A stretch of 61,479 nt of DNA, counting the filler. It is 8 parts of 8 records of this genome, joined end to end, with 100 filler letters (N's around TTAATTAATTAA, not from the genome) between each part and the next. Parts side by side here need not be neighbours in the genome. Positions count along the whole stretch, not along the records: positions 1 to 7,237 come from SRR31156797_21825; positions 7,338 to 15,166 come from SRR31156797_21828; 6 more parts are not named here. One strand, 5' to 3'. Below, piece after piece: positions 1 to 10,030 of the stretch. The translations under genes and the position numbers were made by a program. Within the stretch, counting starts at the first letter, position 1. Every line of letters starts with the position of its first letter. The notes under the pieces were generated by a model, which made no database searches, was not told the origin of the DNA, and saw nothing but the letters and a program-made list of their open reading frames with translations.

Positions 1-1
1 T

Positions 2-586
2 GCAGTTGTTGCACAAGAGGTAAGAAATCTTGCAACTAGATCAGCAGAAGCTGCTAAAGAGATCAGTGATGTGGTAAGTTCTATTCAAGATAGTGTGAAT
101 CTTACAAATGAAAAATTTGATAAAATGACAAAATCAATTGATGCAATTTCTGAAGAGACTAAAAATTATTCTAATGATGTTGGATCAGTAATGGATACAT
201 CAAAAGAAGCCTTTAGTGGTCTAGGACAAATTACAGATAGAGTATTTATGAGTTTAGCAAAACTTGATCATGTTATTTGGAAAGTCAACACATATCTTTC
301 AGTAGCACATAAAAAACCTGCTTTTGCCTTTGTTGATCATAAAAACTGTAGACTAGGTAAATGGTACAATGAAGGTCTTGGAAAAAGATACTTCGCAAAT
401 ACACCAAGTTATTCAAAACTTGATCGACCACACGCTCAGGTACATAATGGAACTCATCATGTTTTTGATGAGATCGAAAAAGGTGAAAATATGAATTATG
501 GGAATCTTCTTTCTTCATTTCAAGAGATGGAAGAAGCTAGTAAAGATGTATTTAAACTACTTGATCAGATTCTTCACGAAAGATAA
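2..586 (+). CDS. Methyl-accepting chemotaxis protein with C-terminal CZB zinc-binding domain (5' truncated)
   Basis: Frame open from base 2 with MCP signalling motif AVVAQEVRNLA; CZB His/Cys ligands DHVIWK, CRLGKWY, HAQVH. Confidence 0.88.
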   Translation, partial: AVVAQEVRNLATRSAEAAKEISDVVSSIQDSVNLTNEKFDKMTKSIDAISEETKNYSNDVGSVMDTSKEAFSGLGQITDRVFMSLAKLDHVIWKVNTYLSVAHKKPAFAFVDHKNCRLGKWYNEGLGKRYFANTPSYSKLDRPHAQVHNGTHHVFDEIEKGENMNYGNLLSSFQEMEEASKDVFKLLDQILHER

Positions 587-588
587 AA

Positions 589-2076
589 TTATATACGAAT
601 AGTAAAGCAACATCCATTATCTTTATTCTCTACTTGGATAGTTGCATCTAATTTATCAAGGATCTGTTTGGTCATATATAGACCAATTCCAGTTCCTTTT
701 CCCTCCTCTTTTGATGTAATATTTGGCTCAAAAATGTGATCTATTATATGAAGGGGGATCCCTCCTGCATTATCTTGAATATAAATATATTTTTTAGTCT
801 TATCTTGATCTAATGCGATAGTGATCTTTTTATTTTCAATATGATTTTCAATAAATGCATCTTTAGAGTTGTTGATAATATTGAGTATTACATGTTTAAA
901 CTCATTTGGGATACCATTGATTTTTAGTTCAGAGTGAACGATTATATCTACAGTGATAAGATTGTCTATAAGAGTATCTTTCATAAGTGTTAAAACCTCT
1001 TGAATGGTTTTTTCTACTATAAACTCTTGGGTTTCTTTGTTTGGACGTAAAAAGTTTCTAAATTGATCCAAGGTTTCATACATATGATCAATTTGTTTAA
1101 ATATTTTTTCTTGGAATTCTATCACTTGCTGTTTTGTTAACATATCATTTTTAAGATCATAGTAGAGATAATCTGTATTAATATGAATTATAGTGAGAGG
1201 TTGTTTCCATTGATGAGCTATTGCATCTATCATCTCCCCCATTGCCGCATGTTTAGCTTGATTAAAAAGAAGTTTATCTTTTTGAAGAAGTTGATTTGCT
1301 TGTCTTTTCACATCTTGTACTAAAAAAACAATAATAAGAAAAAAAGCTATGGTTGTAAGAATAATAATATAAAAGAGTAGTTTCATTTTTTCTTTTTGTA
1401 ATGAGGATTCTTTTTCTAATAAAGTAAAATGGTTTTCTAATAAAGAATCTAGTGGGGAGTCTTTAATCTCAAGATATATGTCATGTAACTTTGGAATATA
1501 GGTATCTAAGACTTTTAAATGTATAAAATCTAGCTTATTATCTTTAAAATAGTTGTACTCAATAGGAGATATTTTTTGCTGGGACATATTGACTTTTTTA
1601 TTCATAAAATAGATGATGTTTTGAGAAAGTTTTCTATAATAGATATCATCATTTGTTTCAAGAGTATGTAATCTGTTATTTAAGATTAATAGTGAGTTTT
1701 TTACTTTATTATTGATCTGAATAAAATCAAAAGTTTTATTTATGATCTTTTGTTGCTCTTTTTTATATTTTTTAAGAGATTTATAGAGTAATGGATATTG
1801 GTAGATCATATTTTTATTTTTTAAAAGTTTTTGTGTAAATAGAGTAGTATTTTTTAAATGGTTTGATATGGCATCATTACTTTGTAAAGTGATAATGGAA
1901 TCTTTTATAAGTAAAAGATGTTGATCCCAGTTTGTTTGAAGTTGATTGAGTTGCTGAGTTAAATGAAAGTATTTTTGATTAAAAGTATCAAGTTTGACTT
2001 TAAAAATAATAGCAAGATATAAAACAAATAATAAAGATACAACTATACTAAAAAAACGCAGATCATATTTTTTCAT
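589..2076 (-). CDS. Membrane sensor histidine kinase, probable DAHL-type helical periplasmic domain
   Basis: Two TM segments; H-box IAHQWKQPL, N-box NIINNSKDA, G-boxes DNAGGI and GTGIGLY. Confidence 0.88.
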   Translation of the reverse strand: MKKYDLRFFSIVVSLLFVLYLAIIFKVKLDTFNQKYFHLTQQLNQLQTNWDQHLLLIKDSIITLQSNDAISNHLKNTTLFTQKLLKNKNMIYQYPLLYKSLKKYKKEQQKIINKTFDFIQINNKVKNSLLILNNRLHTLETNDDIYYRKLSQNIIYFMNKKVNMSQQKISPIEYNYFKDNKLDFIHLKVLDTYIPKLHDIYLEIKDSPLDSLLENHFTLLEKESSLQKEKMKLLFYIIILTTIAFFLIIVFLVQDVKRQANQLLQKDKLLFNQAKHAAMGEMIDAIAHQWKQPLTIIHINTDYLYYDLKNDMLTKQQVIEFQEKIFKQIDHMYETLDQFRNFLRPNKETQEFIVEKTIQEVLTLMKDTLIDNLITVDIIVHSELKINGIPNEFKHVILNIINNSKDAFIENHIENKKITIALDQDKTKKYIYIQDNAGGIPLHIIDHIFEPNITSKEEGKGTGIGLYMTKQILDKLDATIQVENKDNGCCFTIRI

Positions 2077-2969
2077 TGCTTACCTTTTAAGGTTTCAGGA
2101 ATCTCACCTGTAAGTGTTTTTAAAAAGCTTTCAATAGCTGCTACTTCTTCTTTTGTTAGTTTGATACCAACATTATGATAAGCCATCTTTTGGATCGCTT
2201 CTTTTAATGAACTAATACTTCCATCGTGAAAATATGGATAGGTTTTTTCAACATTACGTAAACTTGGTACAATAAATTTTAGTTTTTTCATAGTATCACT
2301 ATTCTTATTCTCAATAGGAATGATAGATCCTAATTCTTGATAGGAGTTAGAACCAATATTGATCCCATTATGGCAGGATACACAGCCATATCCTATAAAA
2401 AGCTCCATCCCCTTTTCTTCTATAGGGCTTAGCTTGATTTCATCTTTTAAGTATTGATCAAATTTTGAATTGGGTGTGATAAGTGTTTTTTGAAAAGCTA
2501 CTATAGCATCTAATACTATATCAAAAGTTGGTTTGGAGTCATATGCTTTTTTTATAAGTGACACATACTCTTTAGAATGATTAATTCTTTCCATGATAAT
2601 TTTTTCATTATTTGCCATCTCATGAGTATTAAACAAGGGGCCATCTATCATTTGTTTTTTTAAAGTAGCACTTCTTCCATCCCAAAAAAATGCAAATTTA
2701 TAAGAGGTATTAAAGAGACTTATTGAATTCATTGACCCTTTTAATCCATCTGTTCCTATACTAACAGGTAGATTGTCTGTCCCATAATTACTATGACAAG
2801 TAAAACATGAAATATCTTTATTTTTTGAAAGAAGAGGATCAAAAAATAGTTTTTTCCCTAATGTAACTTTTTGTTGATCATAAATAATACTAGTGGGAAG
2901 AGGGGAGAAGAATTGATTTGAAAAACTAAAGCTAACAATGAAAAGTGATAGAAGTATAAGTTTGATCAT
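2073..2969 (-). CDS. Diheme cytochrome c peroxidase/MauG-family protein
   Basis: Signal peptide; LGKKLFFDPLLS; heme motifs CFTCH and CVSCH; FFWDGR, VPSLRNV, PYFHDG. Confidence 0.88.
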   Translation of the reverse strand: MIKLILLSLFIVSFSFSNQFFSPLPTSIIYDQQKVTLGKKLFFDPLLSKNKDISCFTCHSNYGTDNLPVSIGTDGLKGSMNSISLFNTSYKFAFFWDGRSATLKKQMIDGPLFNTHEMANNEKIIMERINHSKEYVSLIKKAYDSKPTFDIVLDAIVAFQKTLITPNSKFDQYLKDEIKLSPIEEKGMELFIGYGCVSCHNGINIGSNSYQELGSIIPIENKNSDTMKKLKFIVPSLRNVEKTYPYFHDGSISSLKEAIQKMAYHNVGIKLTKEEVAAIESFLKTLTGEIPETLKGKQ

Positions 2970-3026
2970 AAAAGCTCTTTTTATAAAACGGTCGAAGATT
3001 GATTATATATTTTATTTTCTTAATTT

Positions 3027-5327
3027 TTACTTTTCATCACTTAGAAGATCATCTATAACAGTTTGACGGTGGGTGATCTCTAGTTTTTTACAAGCACTGG
3101 TAAAGGCTTCATCTTCCCCAACCACATAACACATATTTTTTGCTCTTGTAATAGCTGTATAAAGTAACTTTGTATTATGCATAATAAAATGGCTAAAGCT
3201 CATAGGAATTAAGGCTGTATCATATTCCATCCCCTGAGTTTTATGGATAGTGAGACAATAGGCAAGTGAGATAAGATTATCAAGATCTGAAAAGTCATAA
3301 AATACCACCATATCATCGCTTGGATAAAGAATCACAAGCTTTGTATTTTCGTGATCTATTTTTATCACCATTCCAAGCTGACCATTAAAAACTCTTTTTT
3401 CCATAAATTCATGACTGCCACTTTTATAGGACTTCATGGTTTGTGCTTTCATATTCTCATTTTTGATATGGATCACTTTATCAGCTAGTTTATACATATA
3501 TGTTCTAGTTTGGATCCCCTCTTGTTTTGTATTATTAATAAGCTTTTGAAGATTGATATTAAGGTTTTCTACTCCTAGTGTTCCACTTTTAATAGGAGTG
3601 ATTACTTGAAAAAGAGTTAAAAATCGATCGATCTTTTTTTCGTTGATAAACCTATACATAGGCTCTATATAGTTTGAGGCAAGATTTAAAATAGTATGGA
3701 GGATATTGAGGTTATTTTGATTTCTAAGAGCATTGATCTCATAATCACTTAGAGAATTTTTTTGTGCATAATAGTTTTCTATAGAGACATCTACAAAAGT
3801 AAAATCTTCATACTCCTCTTTATATTCTGGGACATTTCCCTTTCTAATTTCATTGGCAATAAGTGCTATTGCTTGATCTTCATTTTGTCTATAGATCTTT
3901 GTAAGTTTACAAATAGGAGCGAGTTCATACAAAATAGTATCTCTTAAAATATCTCCAGCTCCAATAGCAGGAAGCTGACCATCATCTCCAACAATAATCA
4001 AAGTAGTATCAAGATCAATATTTGAAAGTATTTTATAAAAAGTTACACTATTGATCATGCTTGCTTCATCTATTAAGATCACTTTATAATCAAAGGAGTC
4101 TTTTTCACTTGATTCCATTTTGACAAGAGCTGATTGGATAGTGCTACTTTTATATCCTGTAGTATCAGCGATCCTTTGAGAAGCAATCCCACTTAAAGCC
4201 ATACAATGGATATCATCATACACAACAATCTCTTCAAGAAGCTCTAAAATTGCTCTACTTGAAGTAGATTTACCAGTTCCAGCATAACCGATAAGCAAAA
4301 TAGTATTTTCACCCTCATTGATAAGTTCAACCGCTTTTTTTTGCTCGTCACTTAGTTCAAACCCAAGTGTAGATTGTTTTTTTTCTATATAGCTTTCAAA
4401 ATCACTAATGATCTTTTTTTCTCTTTTATGCTGTGATCGCAGTTTAAAAATATCTAAGATCTTTGTCTCACACATATAATATATTGCAGGGGAATATCTA
4501 TCTTTCGAAGTCTCTTTTATCTTCTCTTCACTTAAAAGAGTAATTACTGCACTTTCATAAAGTGTTTCTTGATCTTTAAATCCAAGAGCATTATTTAAAA
4601 GATCAAAAAGCTGATCTTTTCCGATAGAGCTATTTCCATTAGCTTCACAAAATTCACGTAAGGTATAGTTCATACATGCTGTGATTCTAAAAGAACTATA
4701 TTTATCAATCCCTAGACTAAGTCCTATCTCATCAGCTCTTTTAAACCCTATCCCTTTGATATCTGTAAGCATATATGGATTTTGTTTGATCTTTTCTATT
4801 AAATTGTCTACATGGGAGAAGTGTTGATATATCTTATTGATAAAAGTGCTTGTGACTCCATATTGAGCAAGGAAACTTCCAAGTTCTCTTAGGTGCTTAA
4901 ATTTATTCCAAGAGCTTACTATTTGAGTGAGTTTTTTCTCTTTGATCCCTTTTATCTCTAAAAGTTTTGCTGGAGTATTATCAAGGATCTCACACAACTC
5001 CTCTTCAGAATATTTTGAAGTCATTTCAAGAGCTAGTTTTTTTGAAACCCCTTTTACGATTCGTGTTAGGAAAAAATAGATCTCTGCTTCTTTAAGTTCT
5101 AGTGAAGTAAAGACAAACTGTACTCCATATTTTTGATGGGTATTCCAGCGACCTGTGAGAATAATCTCAGAGCCTACAAGTTTTTCTAAGTCTGTATCAA
5201 AGTATTGTCCACATACTTTTTGATCATTGTCTAATACTGCAATATAGTAGTTGTTTTCAGAGTTAAAAAATAGAATCTTTTTTAAAGTTCCTGAGAGTTT
5301 AAACTCTTTCTCTTCATTAGTAGCCAT
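3027..5327 (-). CDS. recD2: RecD2-like ATP-dependent SF1B DNA helicase
   Basis: N-terminal HhH region (GIGFKRAD); Walker A GYAGTGKS; DEASM; GDDGQLPAIGAG; TIHKTQGMEY; YTAITRAK. Confidence 0.9.
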   Translation of the reverse strand: MATNEEKEFKLSGTLKKILFFNSENNYYIAVLDNDQKVCGQYFDTDLEKLVGSEIILTGRWNTHQKYGVQFVFTSLELKEAEIYFFLTRIVKGVSKKLALEMTSKYSEEELCEILDNTPAKLLEIKGIKEKKLTQIVSSWNKFKHLRELGSFLAQYGVTSTFINKIYQHFSHVDNLIEKIKQNPYMLTDIKGIGFKRADEIGLSLGIDKYSSFRITACMNYTLREFCEANGNSSIGKDQLFDLLNNALGFKDQETLYESAVITLLSEEKIKETSKDRYSPAIYYMCETKILDIFKLRSQHKREKKIISDFESYIEKKQSTLGFELSDEQKKAVELINEGENTILLIGYAGTGKSTSSRAILELLEEIVVYDDIHCMALSGIASQRIADTTGYKSSTIQSALVKMESSEKDSFDYKVILIDEASMINSVTFYKILSNIDLDTTLIIVGDDGQLPAIGAGDILRDTILYELAPICKLTKIYRQNEDQAIALIANEIRKGNVPEYKEEYEDFTFVDVSIENYYAQKNSLSDYEINALRNQNNLNILHTILNLASNYIEPMYRFINEKKIDRFLTLFQVITPIKSGTLGVENLNINLQKLINNTKQEGIQTRTYMYKLADKVIHIKNENMKAQTMKSYKSGSHEFMEKRVFNGQLGMVIKIDHENTKLVILYPSDDMVVFYDFSDLDNLISLAYCLTIHKTQGMEYDTALIPMSFSHFIMHNTKLLYTAITRAKNMCYVVGEDEAFTSACKKLEITHRQTVIDDLLSDEK

Positions 5328-5679
5328 CGTTAAATTTTTTCTTTTTATGTTTCTCTTTTTTGTAGCGGTTATTGTTTTTAAGTTTATCTAAAAGGTTGGA
5401 TTGTTTTAGGATTTTTGCTTTTTCATTTTCAAAATCCTCTGAGTGATTCTCTAAAGTATCAAGAATAATTTGTGCAAGGTTTTTTACCGCAATTGGATAT
5501 TCACTATAAAGCTCACAAGTAGGAGCTTTTTTAAGATCTTCATAGCCTTTTAAAATCGCTTTTTTATAAAGCTCTAGATCAAAGTTGTCATATTTTAAAA
5601 GACCAATAGCTTTAGTATTGAACTTTTCAAGGATTCTTATATATCGAAGTCGGGTGGTTTTTTCGTTTCTTTTTTCCAT
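5317..5679 (-). CDS. Hypothetical protein (120 aa, basic C-terminus)
   Basis: Clean ORF overlapping the recD2 start. Confidence 0.75.
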   Translation of the reverse strand: MEKRNEKTTRLRYIRILEKFNTKAIGLLKYDNFDLELYKKAILKGYEDLKKAPTCELYSEYPIAVKNLAQIILDTLENHSEDFENEKAKILKQSNLLDKLKNNNRYKKEKHKKKKFNDGY

Positions 5680-5682
5680 ATC

Positions 5683-5724
5683 TTAGATTCGATAATTGGC
5701 ATTGATCTTTATATTTTCGTACGT
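5683..5724 (-). pseudogene. Relic copy of an argJ 3' end (TYENIKINANYRI*)
   Basis: Matches the ArgJ C-terminus YEYVKINADYRT* at 8/12 residues with an aligned stop. Confidence 0.65.
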
Positions 5725-5726
5725 GC

Positions 5727-5750
5727 AAAAAGTGACGTTAGTCACTTTTT
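5727..5750 (-). terminator. Intrinsic terminator after argJ
   Basis: AAAAAGTGAC-GTTA-GTCACTTTTT hairpin. Confidence 0.7.
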
Positions 5751-5761
5751 GGTTTTTGTAA

Positions 5762-6943
5762 TTATGTTCTATAGTCTGCATTAATTTTCACGTACTCATA
5801 TCCAAGATCACATCCCCAAGCTGTAAAGTTTCCAGTCCCAAGTCCTAGATCACAGATCACTTTATAACTTGACTCTTTTAAAACTTCACCAGCTTTTGCC
5901 TCTTGATTTTCATCAAAAAGGATTTCCCCTTTGTTATAGACCATCACATTATTATATGCTATGGTAAGTGTTGTCTCATCACAAGTTATACCACTTGCTC
6001 CAATAGTTGAAGCGATTCGTCCAAAATTTGGATCTTCTCCATATAGTGCAGTTTTTACTAAAAGTGAATTTGAAAGAGCTTTTGCTGCTATCTCAGCTTC
6101 AGAATCGTTTGCTGCCCCTTTTACTTCAAAAGCAACTGCTTTTTTTGCACCCTCTCCATCAGCTACCATTAACATTGCCATATCATGCATCACCATTCTA
6201 AGAGCCTCTTTAAAAGCTTCTTTCTCATAGGCACCTGATTTTTTATTTGATAAAAGAAGAACAGTGTCATTTGTAGAAGTATCTCCATCAACGCTAATTG
6301 CATTAAATGTTGTATGAGAATTGAGTTCTAATAACTCTTTCATATCTTGTTGTGGTACATTTGCATCTGTACAGATAAAACAAAGCATTGTCGCTAAGTT
6401 TGGATTGATCATCCCTGCACCTTTTGCAACTGAGCCTATTTTAAAACTGCTTCCATCTTCAAGTTTTACTTCATAAAGAGAGGTTTTTGGATAGGCATCA
6501 GTTGTCATAATAGCATGTGAGAGGTTCTCTCCATTTTTAGCTTTTAGATTAAAAAGATTCGCACCATCAATGATTTTATTAATTGGAAGTGGATTTGCAA
6601 TCACTCCTGTACTACTCATAATAGGATTTGTTACTTGGTGATTTAAAGAAGAAAAAATAGTCTCAATATCTATGATCCCTTTTTCTCCTGTAAGTGCATT
6701 TGCATTTTTAGAATTTATCAATACAAAGTTTGTTTGAAACCCTTTTTCATATCTTTGAAAATGTTTGAGAGGTGCTGCTTGAAATTTATTTTTCGTAAAA
6801 ACAGCTTCCACATCACATAAACTATCACTATAGATAAATCCAAGATCAAGTTTTTCATTTGTTTTTAATCCTGCATGGATCCCATCACAATAAAATCCAT
6901 CTATTTGATCAATATATCCTTTTATAGGAAAAATACTAAACAT
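5762..6943 (-). CDS. argJ: Bifunctional glutamate N-acetyltransferase / amino-acid acetyltransferase
   Basis: AIMTTD, KGAGMINPNLATML, DGDTSTND, DGEGA, KINADYRT. Confidence 0.95.
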   Translation of the reverse strand: MFSIFPIKGYIDQIDGFYCDGIHAGLKTNEKLDLGFIYSDSLCDVEAVFTKNKFQAAPLKHFQRYEKGFQTNFVLINSKNANALTGEKGIIDIETIFSSLNHQVTNPIMSSTGVIANPLPINKIIDGANLFNLKAKNGENLSHAIMTTDAYPKTSLYEVKLEDGSSFKIGSVAKGAGMINPNLATMLCFICTDANVPQQDMKELLELNSHTTFNAISVDGDTSTNDTVLLLSNKKSGAYEKEAFKEALRMVMHDMAMLMVADGEGAKKAVAFEVKGAANDSEAEIAAKALSNSLLVKTALYGEDPNFGRIASTIGASGITCDETTLTIAYNNVMVYNKGEILFDENQEAKAGEVLKESSYKVICDLGLGTGNFTAWGCDLGYEYVKINADYRT

Positions 6944-7237
6944 ATTGAAGCTCCTTTGGCTTTTCTGGTTTATTTATTAATTTTTTAGCTCTTACGATAC
7001 CTGTTTGGTTCCCAACCACTAAAAGCTTACATCCTTGCGTTACTTTTGTAGTTGCTTTTGGAGTTTGTACAAATTTTCCATTTGCTTCAGTGATCCCAAT
7101 AATACTTACTTTAAGTTTATCTCTTAGATGTGCATCTTTAATTGGCTGGTCTATAAACCAACTATAATCTTCGATATCGATCTCTTCCATATCAATTGGA
7201 GTGTCTTTTTTATATAAAAACTCTTCAAGTACATTTT
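6936..7237 (-). CDS. Potassium channel/TrkA-family protein, TrkA-C (RCK-C) end only (5' truncated)
   Basis: LRDKLKVSIIGI...LLVVG RCK-C pattern; frame reaches the contig edge. Confidence 0.7.
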
Positions 7238-7337
7238 NNNNNNNNNNNNNNNNNNNNNNNNNNNNNNNNNNNNNNNNNNNNTTAATTAATTAANNNNNNN
7301 NNNNNNNNNNNNNNNNNNNNNNNNNNNNNNNNNNNNN
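7238..7337. other. Artificial contig-joining spacer; identical spacers at 15167-15266, 25788-25887, 31566-31665, 44758-44857, 50043-50142 and 56321-56420
   Basis: Identical 100-nt N44-TTAATTAATTAA-N44 block with stops in all six frames; genes are truncated and composition shifts at each one. Confidence 0.98.
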
Positions 7338-7338
7338 T

Positions 7339-9000
7339 GATATTTTAGATTTTAGTAAAATCGAAGCGGGTAAACTTAGTATGGAAAAAATTACATTTAA
7401 TATCCATGATGTCTTGGAAAATATTTCAAATTTATTAAGTTTAAAAGCTCATGAAAAAGGGATAGATTTTTTGATTAATAAAGATGAAAAAATTCCGTCC
7501 AATCTAATTGGAGATCCTTTGAGATTGGGGCAAATATTATTAAATTTAACAAGTAATGCAGTAAAATTTACTGAAAAGGGAAAAGTAATAATTCGAATAG
7601 AAGCTAAGAAAATTAGAAAGGATAAGATTCAGATTCTTTTTTCTGTAGAGGATACAGGTATAGGGATGACAAAGGAGCAGGAAGGAAAGTTGTTTAAGGC
7701 TTTTTCTCAGGCGGATAGCTCTACAACAAGAAAATTCGGAGGAACAGGTTTAGGGCTTACAATTTCACAGACTTTAGTAGAATTAATGGATGGTGAGCTT
7801 GGTTTTGAGACAGTATACGGAGAAGGAAGTATTTTTTACTTTACTGTTGAATTTGGAATAAGTGCTGATAAAACTTCTGATTCTGAGACAACTCAAAACA
7901 TAAATAAAATTAAAGAGACTAAATTTAATTATCCGGAAGGTTTTTTGGCTATAAGAGGAGCTCAAATTTTACTTGTTGAAGACAATGAAATAAATCAGCA
8001 AGTGGCACAGGAGATACTTGAATTTGAAGGAATCAGAGTTGACATTGCCTCAAATGGACAGATTGCTGTGGAAAAAGCAGATAAAAAACAATATGATCTA
8101 ATCTTGATGGATTTGCAAATGCCTGTCTTAGATGGTTATGAAGCAACAGATAAGATAAGAAAAAGAAGTAAGTTTCCAAAAGTACCAATAATTGCACTAA
8201 GCGCTGATGCAATTGCCGGAATAGAGCAAAGAGTCTTAAGCTCAGGTATGAATGATTTTATAACAAAACCAATTGAGAAGAAAGAATTATTTGAAACATT
8301 GGCTAAATGGATAAAAATATCCGATAGAAACAGAGAGTTAAATACTTTGGAAATAAACAGTGTACACATGATCTTAGAAGAAAAAATAGTAGAAATACTT
8401 AAAAATATTGATGCAAAAGATGGTATATCAAGACTTATGGGAAATGAAGAGAAATACTTGGAACTTCTAAGAAAGTTTAGCTTTAATAATAGTAATTATG
8501 TAAAAACGCTATTAAAAGTAATTAGTGAAAGAAATAAAGAAGAGAGTATAAGAATTATTCACACAATGAAAGGTGTAGCCGGGAATATTGGCGCAAAAAC
8601 GCTTTATAATCTCTCTGATAATTTGCAGAAAGAATTAGAACAAGCAGATATAAACTCTGATAGAAAAGATAGTCTGATTTTGGAGCTTGATAATGAGCTT
8701 AAAATCATTCTAAAACAAATCAAAAGGCTTTTATCAGAATTAGATGTTATAAAAAATAAAGAAGCTGAATCTGGTCTTGAAATAGGTTCAGAAGTTTTTA
8801 TTGAAAAAATAAATAAATTAAAAGAGCTTTTAAATGAATCTGATATGAGTGCAGAAAAATTATTTTTAGAGCTAAAAAAATATTCTAATAAATTTGAATT
8901 AGAGAATAAGTTTGAAAAGATGGCAATTTATCTTCGAGATTATGAATATGATGAAGCTGCTGAGCTGTGCGACGAGATCATAGAGGATTTAAGTAATTAA
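7339..9000 (+). CDS. Hybrid sensor histidine kinase (HATPase-REC-Hpt), 5' truncated
   Basis: DILDFSKIEAGK; GDPLRLGQILLNL; GGTGLGL; receiver LLVEDN...LMDLQMP; Hpt HTMKGVAGNIGA. Confidence 0.92.
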   Translation, partial: DILDFSKIEAGKLSMEKITFNIHDVLENISNLLSLKAHEKGIDFLINKDEKIPSNLIGDPLRLGQILLNLTSNAVKFTEKGKVIIRIEAKKIRKDKIQILFSVEDTGIGMTKEQEGKLFKAFSQADSSTTRKFGGTGLGLTISQTLVELMDGELGFETVYGEGSIFYFTVEFGISADKTSDSETTQNINKIKETKFNYPEGFLAIRGAQILLVEDNEINQQVAQEILEFEGIRVDIASNGQIAVEKADKKQYDLILMDLQMPVLDGYEATDKIRKRSKFPKVPIIALSADAIAGIEQRVLSSGMNDFITKPIEKKELFETLAKWIKISDRNRELNTLEINSVHMILEEKIVEILKNIDAKDGISRLMGNEEKYLELLRKFSFNNSNYVKTLLKVISERNKEESIRIIHTMKGVAGNIGAKTLYNLSDNLQKELEQADINSDRKDSLILELDNELKIILKQIKRLLSELDVIKNKEAESGLEIGSEVFIEKINKLKELLNESDMSAEKLFLELKKYSNKFELENKFEKMAIYLRDYEYDEAAELCDEIIEDLSN

Positions 9001-9012
9001 GTATAAACAAAT

Positions 9013-9055
9013 AAAAGATTAGAATTAGTTAGAAATAAACTAATTCTAATCTTTT
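9013..9055. terminator. Bidirectional terminator between convergent genes
   Basis: 18-bp inverted repeat AAAAGATTAGAATTAGTT / AACTAATTCTAATCTTTT. Confidence 0.75.
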
Positions 9056-9639
9056 TATTTTAGCAATTCCTCATCAATCATAGTGTAAAAGTCATCAAGT
9101 GCATTATTATTTCTCAAAACTTTAGATCTTAATAAGGCACCTTGCCAGGCACTAAGTAAAAAAGATGATAATTTTTTTAGATCCATTTGAGTTGTTAATT
9201 GATTTTTTTCCTTTGCCTCAAGTAAATTATTGTAAACAGCACTTTCTTGGTAGTCAAAGATTTCAGCAATAGCTAATGCTATTGTGTCACTGATATCCCC
9301 CATTTCCTGACTTGTATTACCGACAAAACAGCCGTATTTTTGATTGTTTTCTTTTAGGCTGTCAATTCCTTTACGATAGAATCCTTTTATTCTATCAAGA
9401 GGTTCTAAAGCATTATCAGTTAAGATCGAAACATTTGCCTTTTGCTTTTCGTAAAAGTAATAATTCAACGCTTCAACAGCATAGCTTTCTTTATCTTTAA
9501 AATAATTATAAAAAGATCCTTTTGGAATTCCTGCTGCGTCGGTTATATCTTTGACACTGGTACCGTTATACCCGTTTAAGTGCATTAATTTAATTGAAGA
9601 TTCTAATATCTTATTTTTTCGACTCTCTTTATTCTTCAT
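9055..9639 (-). CDS. TetR-family regulator, NemR/LmrA-like
   Basis: HTH GYNGTSVKDITDAAGIPKGSFYNYFKDKE; C-domain GCFVGN and WQGALLR. Confidence 0.9.
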   Translation of the reverse strand: MKNKESRKNKILESSIKLMHLNGYNGTSVKDITDAAGIPKGSFYNYFKDKESYAVEALNYYFYEKQKANVSILTDNALEPLDRIKGFYRKGIDSLKENNQKYGCFVGNTSQEMGDISDTIALAIAEIFDYQESAVYNNLLEAKEKNQLTTQMDLKKLSSFLLSAWQGALLRSKVLRNNNALDDFYTMIDEELLK

Positions 9640-9674
9640 ATAGTTATTATATGACCGTTCGTCTTAAAAGTCAA
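9640..9674 (-). promoter_or_regulatory. Sigma70-type promoter of the tetR gene with embedded operator; probably leaderless
   Basis: TTGACT-17 nt (tttaAGACGAACGGTCA)-TATAAT, then 6 nt to ATG with no SD. Confidence 0.8.
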
Positions 9675-9684
9675 TACTTATGAA

Positions 9685-9945
9685 CTATTTCTTTTTAGTT
9701 AATTCCATTACTAATTTCATTTTAGTCATCACATGATCAAAACCATGATTTTTTATGTGAGGTAAGGTACAATCAGCACAATTTTTTATTCCCTTTTCAG
9801 TATATTTATAATTTCCTCCGCAATCTTCTCCAAGCATATATAGAGGACAATAGCAAAATAAGCAATTAAACTTCTCCTCGTCTAATTTATGACATGGGAA
9901 ATATTCACAGTTTTTATTTTGTACAAATTTATAATTTTCGCTCAT
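9685..9945 (-). CDS. Cysteine-rich small domain (zf-like) metal-binding protein
   Basis: CEYFPCH, FNCLFCYCPLY, CGGNY, KNCADCTLPH; GGAG SD. Confidence 0.85.
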   Translation of the reverse strand: MSENYKFVQNKNCEYFPCHKLDEEKFNCLFCYCPLYMLGEDCGGNYKYTEKGIKNCADCTLPHIKNHGFDHVMTKMKLVMELTKKK

Positions 9946-10030
9946 AGTAAGTCTCCTTTTAGTTTTATTAATATATTATACACTTTTATGAGCAAAAATA
10001 AAAATAAAAACTATTAATAAAAAAATAAAC

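Noticed and set aside
3027-5327. RecD2 helicase as a defence or mobile-element gene
   Set aside because: It sits among housekeeping genes with no nuclease, methylase or mobility partners.
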